A stretch of DNA of 64,000 nucleotides from a virus. Taxonomy: Duplodnaviria > Caudoviricetes. The stretch is taken from IMG/VR virus record IMGVR_UViG_3300037067_020597, positions 10,963 to 74,962 of that record. One strand, 5' to 3'. The notes below the pieces were generated by a model. The model searched no databases, was not told the DNA's origin, and saw only the letters and a program-made list of their open reading frames with translations. Positions 29,160-38,693 of the stretch are shown piece by piece; positions within the stretch are counted from its first letter, which is position 1, and every line of letters begins with the position of its first letter. A program made the translations under genes and the position numbers.

Positions 29160-29921
29160 ATGGCTATAGTTGGACCAAATGATTTGCCTGTGGTTTTAAA
29201 GCTCAACCCAGATCCAATGAAGGCATACGCATTGGCTCAACTTGGGCATCCGGCTGTTAATGTAGAGATTTCTGAAGCTCAATTTGAAATAGCTCTGCGC
29301 ACTACTTGCGATTTTATAGCTGGTTATTTTCCTAGAGAACAGAAGCTTGCTCTTTTTTATACAGAGCCGTTAGTTCCAACTTACGCGATGCCAGATGATG
29401 CCTATTGGATTCAAGAAGTTCAATGGGACCCGGTTACAACTCGTATCGATGATGTCTTTGGTGCAGAAAGCTTTCTATTTAACATCGGCAATATTTCTGG
29501 TATTCAGAACATCCTGACAGATTATTATTTGTTGCAGGCGTATCGTCGGTCTTCTCAACAAATTCTTGGAACTATAGGGCATTGGGATGTGCTTAATGAA
29601 GGCGGACCTGGACCAGGCAATCAACTTATAAGATTGTATCCGACACCAAAGGGTGCTTTCCCTGTGACTGTTCTTTATTATCCAACTATCACACATTTTC
29701 GCAGCCCACAAGCACGCATGCTGGCCAGTGAGATGCTTCTGGCTGAAACGAAAATCATGGTCGGCGCTGCTCGTAGAAAAATTGCTGGAGTCCCGATGCC
29801 TGATGGCGGTAGTCTCGCTTTAGACGGCGAAGCACTAGCCAGTGAAGGAAAAGAGGAAAAAGCCGCTTTGATTGAAAAGGCCGTGCATTTGGGAGAGCCC
29901 ATGCCCATTATCAAAGCATAA
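29160..29921 (+). CDS. Neck / head-completion protein, gp13-like
   Basis: LGHPAVNVEISEAQFEIAL, LIRLYPTP, GG.LALDGEAL..EG.EE pattern; GGAGG SD. Confidence 0.7.
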   Translation: MAIVGPNDLPVVLKLNPDPMKAYALAQLGHPAVNVEISEAQFEIALRTTCDFIAGYFPREQKLALFYTEPLVPTYAMPDDAYWIQEVQWDPVTTRIDDVFGAESFLFNIGNISGIQNILTDYYLLQAYRRSSQQILGTIGHWDVLNEGGPGPGNQLIRLYPTPKGAFPVTVLYYPTITHFRSPQARMLASEMLLAETKIMVGAARRKIAGVPMPDGGSLALDGEALASEGKEEKAALIEKAVHLGEPMPIIKA

Positions 29922-29957
29922 TCCCCGGTAGTGGGGTAACAGATTAGAGAGGCGAAT

Positions 29958-31985
29958 ATGCAAATTCAAGAACTCGACATCAATATTACATCAGCTACGG
30001 ATCTCAATAATCTCGCTTTTGGTGACTTCAACAGATTGACGAGCGATGCTGCCTACACAATCAGCGGAATAGCGTCTGGAGAAGGTAGCGGAGATGGCAT
30101 ACCAACTAATGCTATATTGTTTATCAATGTAGGGTCATATCGTATCGATTTCGCTAATGAGAGTGGAAATACCACAGCTGCGAATAGGATTATTACATTA
30201 ACTGGCGGTGCAGTTAGCATTCCGCCGCGCGGGACGATAGAGCTTGTTTATGATGTTACAAGTAGCAGATGGAGAGAAGTTAATTCTGTGACGGAACCAT
30301 CGAGATCTCCATCGCCATCTTGGTTATCACCGTCATTTTCGCCATCACCTTCTTTGTCTACATTATTCTCACAATCGCCATCTTTATCGCCATTATTTTC
30401 GCAGTCGCCATCTACATCACCATTTCCTGGTATATTATTAGGGAGGGGTTGCACCTTTTCTGCGGGATCTACTACGAACATTTTAGATGATAGATGCTCC
30501 GAATCTTCAATTATTATCTTATTAGAATTCGATAGTAAAATCGGGGAACCACATAACCAGTTAGTGTCTTATATTTCTAATAAAACTACATCGGGGTTTG
30601 TTATAAATCATGTAAATGCACAAGGTAATGAACTCGCATCTTATATCATGATTAATGACACAAGCGGTGCCGTAAAAACAGGTAGCGGTACGCTGGAAAA
30701 TGGAACATCTACTGTTATTTATGATGCCAATGTGAACGTGGATTCTAAGATATTTTTGCAAGCTACGAGTCCAGGTACATTTGAAAAATTCCCTGGGATT
30801 ATCAATAAGTCTAATGGCTCTTTTGAAATAGCACACGGATCTGCAAGTGGCATTGAGACATTCGATTATGCTATATTTAATATGGAGAGCGGTACGGACG
30901 GCATTTGTCTTGGAAGTGACACATTGACTATAGGAACTTCTACAACTGTGACTGATCCGTTATTACCCTGTGGTACTATGGTCTTTTTGCAGGCTACATG
31001 CGCGTTATTTAATATTTATTGGAAACTATACAACACCGGTATTGATAGCATCATTCTTTCTACTAGCGCTGCTGCAGGCACGGAAACTTTCGACTATATT
31101 TCATTTCCTAGAGATGTAATATGTTTTCCGTCACTATCTCCATCACTATCACCATCGTCATCACTATCACCATCGTTGCCATCGCCGTCATTATTGTCGC
31201 CATCTCCATTTCCTGATATTCTTTCTAGAGGTACGTGTGTGCTTAGCGCAGCTACTTCTACTACGGTTTATGACGAGAACGTGTCGCCAACTTCGATAAT
31301 TATTACATTAAAATCAGATAATAATCAAGCAGCATATCTTTTATGTGTCAGTTCTAAGTCTAATGGTTCATTTGTGATTACGCATAATCAAGGACAAGGC
31401 AATGAATTAATCAATTATATTGTTTTGAACGGATCTAACGAGATGATTGGGGCTAGCAGTGGCACGCTTAATGCTGGTACTAGTACAACTATTAACCATC
31501 CTCTTGTTAACCCATATACGAAAATATTTCTACAAGCAACTGGATCGACCTGTAATACTTTTATGAGATGGCCAAGAGTTTTTAATCAGATGGGATCTTA
31601 TTTTACAATTGGACATGAAAACGCTGCTGGCATAGAAACGTTTGATTATGCCATCTTTCGTATAGATATTGATACATATGATGGTATCTATTTGGGCAGT
31701 GGCGAACTAAGCATACCTCCAGCTACTGATACAACTATCATGAATGCTGGTGTTACAGCTAATTCAACAATTTTATTACAATCGACAAACGCTCAAATGT
31801 ATGGCGGCAATCCAACTTATGCTTATTGGCGAATTAAAACAAAATCTGAAGGCTCATTTGTTATTGCTTCAAATTTTGTGGATCATGCATCTTTTAGCTA
31901 TGCTGTGATTAATGGTGGAGCACCTATTCCTTCGGCATCGCCGTCACCCTCTCCGTCACCGTTATCATCACCATCACCGGAGTAG
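29958..31985 (+). CDS. Virion fibre/decoration protein with duplicated repeat modules and Ser/Pro linkers
   Basis: Two ~250-aa units (PFPGILLGRG / PFPDILSRG) with recurring KIFLQAT...GIETFDYAIF sub-repeats, separated by SPSPS tracts. Confidence 0.6.
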   Translation: MQIQELDINITSATDLNNLAFGDFNRLTSDAAYTISGIASGEGSGDGIPTNAILFINVGSYRIDFANESGNTTAANRIITLTGGAVSIPPRGTIELVYDVTSSRWREVNSVTEPSRSPSPSWLSPSFSPSPSLSTLFSQSPSLSPLFSQSPSTSPFPGILLGRGCTFSAGSTTNILDDRCSESSIIILLEFDSKIGEPHNQLVSYISNKTTSGFVINHVNAQGNELASYIMINDTSGAVKTGSGTLENGTSTVIYDANVNVDSKIFLQATSPGTFEKFPGIINKSNGSFEIAHGSASGIETFDYAIFNMESGTDGICLGSDTLTIGTSTTVTDPLLPCGTMVFLQATCALFNIYWKLYNTGIDSIILSTSAAAGTETFDYISFPRDVICFPSLSPSLSPSSSLSPSLPSPSLLSPSPFPDILSRGTCVLSAATSTTVYDENVSPTSIIITLKSDNNQAAYLLCVSSKSNGSFVITHNQGQGNELINYIVLNGSNEMIGASSGTLNAGTSTTINHPLVNPYTKIFLQATGSTCNTFMRWPRVFNQMGSYFTIGHENAAGIETFDYAIFRIDIDTYDGIYLGSGELSIPPATDTTIMNAGVTANSTILLQSTNAQMYGGNPTYAYWRIKTKSEGSFVIASNFVDHASFSYAVINGGAPIPSASPSPSPSPLSSPSPE

Positions 31986-31989
31986 AATC

Positions 31990-32199
31990 ATGAACCAATT
32001 AAGCACACTGAACAAAATTTGTTTTGTCGTCTGTATTGTCACGATCATCTTAAGTGCCTTGCTTGGCATGGCTATGATTTGGACCAATATTGATCCGGCA
32101 ATAGCATCGAAGACGTTTTTGACTTTCGGCATCTTTTTTATCAGCGCCATTGCCATTAGCGGTGTCAATGCATACTTCAAGGCCAACAAAAAAGAATAA
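31990..32199 (+). CDS. Small two-TM membrane protein (holin-like topology, function unproven)
   Basis: Two hydrophobic helices and a basic C-terminus (KANKKE). Confidence 0.5.
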   Translation: MNQLSTLNKICFVVCIVTIILSALLGMAMIWTNIDPAIASKTFLTFGIFFISAIAISGVNAYFKANKKE

Positions 32200-32471
32200 T
32201 GCGATTGCAATTACTAAGTGAATCTGGGCCGCAGTACGATACCTTGGAGAAGAACAAGGTAAAGCTGACTGACGAAGAACGTAACAAAGTGATGAATGCT
32301 GCAGCTACTTGGCACCATGGCAAAAATGGTGGTGCAACTCCGGCAATAAAGAAATCTGTGATTCGCGGAAAGACATATTTTTATTGCAATACACACAGAT
32401 GCTATCAATCCGCAAAAACGCTTGATGCGGCCATAAACAAATTCTTTAAGACAGTGGAGCCATCTGCTTAG
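32199..32471 (+). CDS. Small hypothetical protein (MRLQLLSE-S)
   Basis: TAATG coupling; N-terminal LLSE motif. Confidence 0.6.
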   Translation: MRLQLLSESGPQYDTLEKNKVKLTDEERNKVMNAAATWHHGKNGGATPAIKKSVIRGKTYFYCNTHRCYQSAKTLDAAINKFFKTVEPSA

Positions 32472-32479
32472 GTGATAAT

Positions 32480-32935
32480 ATGCGATTAACGTTGTTATCT
32501 GAAGGAACGGCGTCATCTGAACTCGGAGACGTCACTGCCCTTAAGAATTCATTAGCTAGCAAGCTTGCTGTAGCTCTACAAAGAATGGGATTTCGTAAGC
32601 CTGACACCAAACTTGCAGAATCACCTACTGATGATGCTATAGTTTATATCGAGGCTGGTCGAAATGCGATAGTGCCACACTCTCAGATTATCATGGTTAC
32701 TATCGAGGACGATGACAGAGTAAGAATACAAATACCAAGTGATATAAGCAGAACCGGAAAGAAAAATTTGGCTGATGCCCTGGGAATTGAAGATTTCTTT
32801 GTTACTGGATCTATTGGTGAAGCTATAGCAAGATTAAAAGATATAAAGAATAGGGCTGACAATCTCATACGCCAGCAAGGAGTACGCGGCTCTTTGTCTG
32901 CTGGCCATATAGGCGAGAGCGATATCGTCGCATAA
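32480..32935 (+). CDS. Hypothetical protein (MRLTLLSE-G)
   Basis: N-terminal LLSE motif. Confidence 0.65.
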   Translation: MRLTLLSEGTASSELGDVTALKNSLASKLAVALQRMGFRKPDTKLAESPTDDAIVYIEAGRNAIVPHSQIIMVTIEDDDRVRIQIPSDISRTGKKNLADALGIEDFFVTGSIGEAIARLKDIKNRADNLIRQQGVRGSLSAGHIGESDIVA

Positions 32936-32962
32936 AATATATGGTAGCAAAGTGAGGCTGCC

Positions 32963-33481
32963 ATGCGACAAATCTACATAGCCAACAAATTGGAAGTGGT
33001 CGGCCCAGACAGTGTAGTTATTCCTGGTTGTGAGCCAGAAGCGACATTCACAACTACAAGTTTGTCTTGGCTACATCGGTGCCAAAGTGCTTATGTTAAA
33101 TTGTCAGTTGCGTTGGCTGCAATTCCTGGTTCTACTGTCGAGTGGCAGATAAACAACGGAGAATCAAATGGCTCGGCTAAAAAATGGTTTGTGCTTCCTC
33201 CATATAATGTAGAATGTCCGTGTCAGCCTATGCCTGACTATTATGCGATATTGCGTAGTTTGGGTAATAGTAATGATAGCGAGCCGCAAGAACTTGATTG
33301 CGGACAGATAGATCAAGGATGGTGTCCTGCGAAGGACTATAACCAACAGCCGCCTCCGCCAGTGAAGAGATATGTTCCTGAGGGGGTAATTTACGGGATT
33401 GCCCCATCTTTGTTATTTGGGCCTTATTATTATGGCAACGATCCTAGAGAAGCGCAGGGCGAAATTCCTCTCTCGATGTGA
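32963..33481 (+). CDS. Hypothetical virion protein
   Basis: GAGG SD; Cys/Pro-rich; in the neck block. Confidence 0.6.
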   Translation: MRQIYIANKLEVVGPDSVVIPGCEPEATFTTTSLSWLHRCQSAYVKLSVALAAIPGSTVEWQINNGESNGSAKKWFVLPPYNVECPCQPMPDYYAILRSLGNSNDSEPQELDCGQIDQGWCPAKDYNQQPPPPVKRYVPEGVIYGIAPSLLFGPYYYGNDPREAQGEIPLSM

Positions 33482-33488
33482 GAAATAA

Positions 33489-34094
33489 ATGATTCACAGC
33501 TTTACTAATGTCGATGAGAGACCGCTATCATCTGATATGCAGGTGGATTTTCGTAGCGATATCGAGAAGTCCAATCCTCTCTATCAGGTTCATGACGCAG
33601 ATGCGTCTGATATAATGATGGCTAAGAAAATAGCATTTGAAATGGTCCAGGTCAACGGTGCTCTTGTCCGCGTTCATCCTCGGACAGACAACATGGACCA
33701 TGATAAAGTGTTCGATGAAGACGCAGACCCGACATACTGGGCTCCTATCAGCATTAAAGGGTTTTTCATTCCTAACCCTATGGAATATGAACTGACACTA
33801 TGGGGAGTTGATTGTGCGAACAAACAAGAAGTCGTGTTTGCTCTCGAACAAGTAGCAGATCTATTACCAGACAGGCTGTTCCGACCTGGGGATTTAATTG
33901 AGCTACCATTCGATTCATTGTCTCAGCAGAAACCGAAATATTTTATGGTCGATAACGCATCTGAAATTGGTAATTTCAGATATAATTGGCTATACCTGAA
34001 ATGTTACACTACACTAATTGTTGGTGATGTTAATATTCGACCTCCTCAAGATGCAGCAGCAAGCATCGATGAATATACTGATGAGGTGGATTAA
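33489..34094 (+). CDS. Neck protein, gp14-like (head-tail connector)
   Basis: E.VQVNGALV.V.PR, DKVFDED, L..WG+D, PGDLIELP, F.Y.WLY pattern. Confidence 0.65.
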   Translation: MIHSFTNVDERPLSSDMQVDFRSDIEKSNPLYQVHDADASDIMMAKKIAFEMVQVNGALVRVHPRTDNMDHDKVFDEDADPTYWAPISIKGFFIPNPMEYELTLWGVDCANKQEVVFALEQVADLLPDRLFRPGDLIELPFDSLSQQKPKYFMVDNASEIGNFRYNWLYLKCYTTLIVGDVNIRPPQDAAASIDEYTDEVD

Positions 34095-34432
34095 TGAAGG
34101 AATTTTCTAACGTAAGAGAATTGATTGGTCAAATAGGATTAGATCTGCAGGCAAAGGCTGGTAGTTTCAGTAATACATTTCGAAAGAGCATACGTAGAGA
34201 GTTAAGCAGCTTTGATGAGGGCGTAAAAGATGTCAAGATTTCCATAGAGCAGGTTCCTGGAGGCTCATTGATTTCATTACATATCGGTGATTGGGTCGAG
34301 CCACAGAAGAAAGTTAAGTATGAACGTCAATTTCGTAGTCTTGTACGACGATTAGGTGCCACACCAACTGGGATTTGTCGTGGGGTTATGCCTGGTGCTT
34401 TGGCTACATTCTTGAACGAGGGTGCGAGATAA
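34094..34432 (+). CDS. Hypothetical protein
   Basis: Coupled by TAATG on both sides. Confidence 0.65.
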   Translation: MKEFSNVRELIGQIGLDLQAKAGSFSNTFRKSIRRELSSFDEGVKDVKISIEQVPGGSLISLHIGDWVEPQKKVKYERQFRSLVRRLGATPTGICRGVMPGALATFLNEGAR

Positions 34433-35295
34433 TGGCTCTTTACGAATTCACACCAGATGTTCTTGAGACGCCCAGAACTTCAAAGCCTGTACCAGGGCCT
34501 GAGTTGAAGCCAGCTATTGAACTTTATCCAACAGCTGTTGCACAAAGCAGTGATGTTCAGCAGGGGCGTCACAGCCTGTATGGAGACCCGCTCGGAACGC
34601 AGCCGGAGTATGCAGAAGAATTCTTAATGCCTGGGTTTCGTGCGCTAGATGAGGCCATGAAGACCTATTGGTCAGGAATAAGAATTCCAACTAAAGATTC
34701 TTATCGATTTATGCGAATCAAAGTGGCTGGCGGCGATAAGAGTGTGCTTATTTGGCGCGATCAATTGAAGGATGGAAGGGTCAAATTTCCAGTCGCTTCA
34801 ATAAGTCGAATCAGCCACGAATTCAATCCATACAAATTCAGCTCTCCTGCGCTGTTTATGGCTCGCAGATATACAAGCAGCCGCATGGATCGAGTAGCAT
34901 TGATAAGACGCCCTGTTCCTTTTTTGGTTAAGTATACATTAACAATTTGGGCATCATGGAAGAATGATGCAGACCATGCTGCTGCTCAGATTGCTACCAG
35001 ATTCAACCCCCTTGCTGAATTTGTGATGAGTGACCATCATTTACGGGGTAGTGTGCAGCTTAGATATGAAGGCTGGGCTGATACAAGTGAAAAAGAGGCT
35101 GGATTTGATCAAAAAGCCAATACGCGGTATGAATTTTCTATGACAGCAGAAGCATGGCTACCTCTGCCAGAGTTGGTAGTCCCCACAATTCTTGGACACG
35201 TCAACACCGTGAAAGAGCAGACAATTGGCGAAATAGTTGGGCGTGGCAACACGACTAGGCTATTTTATGAACCTGCTAGTAATGCAAATATGTGA
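34432..35295 (+). CDS. Tail terminator / sheath stabiliser, gp15-like
   Basis: FPVASISR, RPVPFLVKYTLTIW, QI..RFNP, YEFSMTAEAWLP; position before the sheath gene. Confidence 0.65.
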   Translation: MALYEFTPDVLETPRTSKPVPGPELKPAIELYPTAVAQSSDVQQGRHSLYGDPLGTQPEYAEEFLMPGFRALDEAMKTYWSGIRIPTKDSYRFMRIKVAGGDKSVLIWRDQLKDGRVKFPVASISRISHEFNPYKFSSPALFMARRYTSSRMDRVALIRRPVPFLVKYTLTIWASWKNDADHAAAQIATRFNPLAEFVMSDHHLRGSVQLRYEGWADTSEKEAGFDQKANTRYEFSMTAEAWLPLPELVVPTILGHVNTVKEQTIGEIVGRGNTTRLFYEPASNANM

Positions 35296-35351
35296 GCAGA
35301 TTTTCTGCGTAAATACCATCATGGGTTATATTATGACTTAGGGTAAAACTC

Positions 35352-35600
35352 ATGAAGCAACATACCAGAGAGACCAATTTTGTCGTTCAGATTTACAACA
35401 GCAGTAGGCAGATGATACCAATATCTGTACGACCACCGGGCGGCGACTTCTTTTTGCATGAACAGACTATCTATTTGAGGCCCGGCAAAACGGTCCGGCT
35501 TCCGAAGAGTTTTTTGAATGATTCGCAAGTGTCTAATCTGACAACTAAGCGGATGATAAGAATTCTTCACGATAGCGAAAAGTCTGTCCCTCAAGTCTGA
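35352..35600 (+). CDS. Small tail-locus protein
   Basis: 82-aa ORF; its TIYLRPGKTVRLP motif recurs in the GT at 22895. Confidence 0.6.
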   Translation: MKQHTRETNFVVQIYNSSRQMIPISVRPPGGDFFLHEQTIYLRPGKTVRLPKSFLNDSQVSNLTTKRMIRILHDSEKSVPQV

Positions 35601-35779
35601 GGGTCATATTACGAATATCTAATGTTCTGTGGGCTGCTATACATATCGAGCGAAATATATAAGAGAACCGCTGTTGGTTTGGCGGCATTTTAGCATTAAG
35701 AGAAATTAAGATTTGCCTTGTCGCCCCTAGTTGTCGGCAAATCTATCGTAGTTTGATACTCGACAACGGAGATTAACAA

Positions 35780-38632
35780 ATGCCCACATATCTCAGCCCT
35801 GGTGTTTATCCAAGGGAAATAGACCTTAGTGCAGTTACTGGTACTGCCGGACCGCTCCGTGCGGCATTTGTGGGGACTGCCAAAAAAGGTCCAATGAATA
35901 CCCCCACTTTTGTGACAAGTGCACAACAAGCAATTGACGTATTCGGGGAGCCCTTTGTCGAGAGTTATTTAATGTATGCTGTACTTGCTTACCTTGAAGA
36001 GAGCAATCAGGCATATATTATTCGAGTCGGCATTGAATGCCAGGATGGACAACCTGAGGAACTCAGCGACATTTGTGTTGACACTTCCGGCAACTGCCTG
36101 AATGGCTGGAATCGAATTCCAGTCTTTACAGGAATTGATTATGGCAAGCTGACGCTAAGGGCTGTGACAGAAGCTGCTCCATTATCATTCCATGACGCCG
36201 GTGTCGAAGATATCACCTTTACCGATGTTAGTGTATCAGTCACTGATGGGCCGACTGATGCTACGTTGAACTTCACAACTGGCACATATGTCAGCGATCA
36301 ATATACCGGTTGCACTGACGACACCTTCTCACTATTCATCACTGGTGCCCCTGATGATGGTTATTCCATTAAGGGTTGTACGTTTAATCTCTTCCGTAGT
36401 AGAGATAGTGCCCTGATGGTAAGTGGGACGCTTGATGAGAAGACAACCGGTGTCAGTACCGATATTGAGATCGGCGACGGTCTTGTTTGCGAAATCGTTG
36501 TAACTGATGGGCGGCTTGACGCAAACGACGTTTTCGGATTTACCGCCAAGCCGTATAACCGAGAATTCGATGTCGAAGTGAATGGCACTGGCACGGCATA
36601 TATCATGCCAGTTGCTGATTACACTACTGCTGACGACTTTATCGAAGCAGTCAACACACTGATAACAACAGAAGAGTATGTGGCTGTCGTTGTCACTGAG
36701 AGCGGCACTGAATATCCTCAATTTCGGACGAAAGTTGCTGGTGATCGTATCCAGTTGGTTGGATCTTGCGCCTTCGCTGCTGAAGTTGGGGTTCAACAGT
36801 ACGTGTATGATATCCCACGCAGCTATCTGTTGGGGACTGATGCAGAGCCGTACTTCATCAATAGCCAGAGCAATCGAGTTTCGATTGATATAATACCAGC
36901 AGACAGAAGCGACACCATCAGTATCGTTTTCACCATTCCGGTTGGTACTAATTTGTCTGTGGCTACTATCGCGGCTGCGATCAACAGCAATGGAGTGTAT
37001 GGCGGCGAGACGTACTTTACCTCGTTTGCTATTACTGCCCCTGGCAACATTCAACATGTCATTGTCTTGACGTCCGACACACACAAGCTCGATCAGTTGA
37101 TGTTGAAGGCGAACTATTCCAATCTCAAGACTTTGATGTTTGCGGAAGAAATCGGAGTGCTTTCTCCTTACACAAAGGCGTATCGCGGGTTCTATGACAG
37201 TCGTGTCTCATTGCCCGCAACTGGCGAAATCACACCGTCTGTACCACTATCCTGTGAGTCAGATCCTAGCAGCGCGCAGTGCGCATTGGATACCGCCTAC
37301 TTTCAGAATATTGTTGGATGGTTTGTGGCGACAAGCGCAGGGACCTGGTTGGATAGATACACTCTGACCCTTCAGTTGCAAACGCAAATCGCCGGGAACT
37401 CTGCCGCACGGTATCAGTTGGTCATCAGCGATCCTGATGGGGCGACAGCCGACAATGTGCAGAACATTAGCTTCGACAAGACCGATGATCGGTACATTGG
37501 AAGTGTTTTGAACCCAGGTACTACTTATGGTGGTACCAATGGAAATGATTTCGTCAATTGGGAGGACCGCCCGTCGTTCTTGAACAATGATGAATTAGAT
37601 CCGACCACCTATGAAGTGCGGCAGCCAGCACAGCTATCGAGCCATACGTTCAGTGGTGGTGCCAATGGTATTCCTACCGATCCGGCATATTCGAGCGAAT
37701 TGGATGCTGCTATCATCGGTAATCCACAGGATTCCAGCGGAATGTATGGAATTCAAAACTCCGAAACTTATGATATCAATCTCTTGATCATTCCTGGAAT
37801 GACATCGGGAGCTGTCATAGGTCAGGGGTTGCAATTGTGCGAAAGCCGTGGAGATGTTCTTTATATCGTCGATCCGCCATTTGGATTAAGACCACAACAG
37901 GTTGTTGATTGGCACAATGGAATGCTGCTGTCAGATTTGTCACATGCCATTAACAGTAGCTACGGTGCTTTGTATTGGGGCTGGCTAGAGATTTATGACC
38001 AGTTCAGTAAGCAAAATATCTGGACTCCACCATCTGGTCAAGTTGCCTCAGTATTCGCAAGAACTTCGAGAGTTGCCGATCAATGGATGGCACCGGCAGG
38101 TATCAACCGTGGTTACTTGCTGACCCCTCTGGCCGTCGAATACAACCCAAGCCAAGGGGAGCGAGATCTCCTGTACGGGTCCGGCAATGCTGTTAATCCG
38201 TTAGTGTCATTCCCGAAAGACGGGATTGTCGTTTTTGGTCAACGGACGCTGCAGCGGACTGAGACTGCTTTAGATAGAGTCAACGTGAGAATGTTGCTAA
38301 TCTATCTAAAGAAGAATCTGGTCCAGATACTTCGAGCATTCGTTTTTGAGCCAAATGATTCGACCACTTGGGCACAAGTCAGAACCCTGATTAACCCATT
38401 CATGGCGGATATCCAGGCCCGTCGTGGTTTGGATGCCTACAATGTGGTTTGTGACGAATCAAATAACACGCCACAAAGAAGAGATATGAACCAGTTGTGG
38501 GTATCGGTCTTCATTAAACCGACACGCGCGATCGAGTTCATCGTCTTGAATCTTGTCGTTATGCAGTCTTCGGCCTCCTTCAGTTCCGAAGAAGTGTTGG
38601 CAGCAGGTGGAGTTGTGGTTAGTGGAAGATAG
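35780..38632 (+). CDS. Contractile tail sheath protein (gp18-like)
   Basis: YLSPGVYPREIDLS, AFVGTAKKGP, YGALYW.W, PPSG, W.APAG.NRG, FGQRTLQ...ALDRVNVR, FVFEPND, KPTRAIEFI. Confidence 0.95.
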   Translation: MPTYLSPGVYPREIDLSAVTGTAGPLRAAFVGTAKKGPMNTPTFVTSAQQAIDVFGEPFVESYLMYAVLAYLEESNQAYIIRVGIECQDGQPEELSDICVDTSGNCLNGWNRIPVFTGIDYGKLTLRAVTEAAPLSFHDAGVEDITFTDVSVSVTDGPTDATLNFTTGTYVSDQYTGCTDDTFSLFITGAPDDGYSIKGCTFNLFRSRDSALMVSGTLDEKTTGVSTDIEIGDGLVCEIVVTDGRLDANDVFGFTAKPYNREFDVEVNGTGTAYIMPVADYTTADDFIEAVNTLITTEEYVAVVVTESGTEYPQFRTKVAGDRIQLVGSCAFAAEVGVQQYVYDIPRSYLLGTDAEPYFINSQSNRVSIDIIPADRSDTISIVFTIPVGTNLSVATIAAAINSNGVYGGETYFTSFAITAPGNIQHVIVLTSDTHKLDQLMLKANYSNLKTLMFAEEIGVLSPYTKAYRGFYDSRVSLPATGEITPSVPLSCESDPSSAQCALDTAYFQNIVGWFVATSAGTWLDRYTLTLQLQTQIAGNSAARYQLVISDPDGATADNVQNISFDKTDDRYIGSVLNPGTTYGGTNGNDFVNWEDRPSFLNNDELDPTTYEVRQPAQLSSHTFSGGANGIPTDPAYSSELDAAIIGNPQDSSGMYGIQNSETYDINLLIIPGMTSGAVIGQGLQLCESRGDVLYIVDPPFGLRPQQVVDWHNGMLLSDLSHAINSSYGALYWGWLEIYDQFSKQNIWTPPSGQVASVFARTSRVADQWMAPAGINRGYLLTPLAVEYNPSQGERDLLYGSGNAVNPLVSFPKDGIVVFGQRTLQRTETALDRVNVRMLLIYLKKNLVQILRAFVFEPNDSTTWAQVRTLINPFMADIQARRGLDAYNVVCDESNNTPQRRDMNQLWVSVFIKPTRAIEFIVLNLVVMQSSASFSSEEVLAAGGVVVSGR

Positions 38633-38638
38633 AGCTTA

Positions 38639-38671
38639 AGAAAAGCCAGCTGGAATCTAGCTGGCTTTTCT
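38639..38671 (+). terminator. Rho-independent terminator after the sheath gene
   Basis: AGAAAAGCCAGC / GCTGGCTTTTCT 12-bp inverted repeat, possibly bidirectional. Confidence 0.8.
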
Positions 38672-38693
38672 TGTATCTAAGATTGTATCGGCT

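Noticed and set aside
36332-37084. 250-aa minus-strand ORF inside the sheath gene
   Set aside because: It is fully nested antisense to a strongly conserved gene with biased codons, which explains the scarcity of stops
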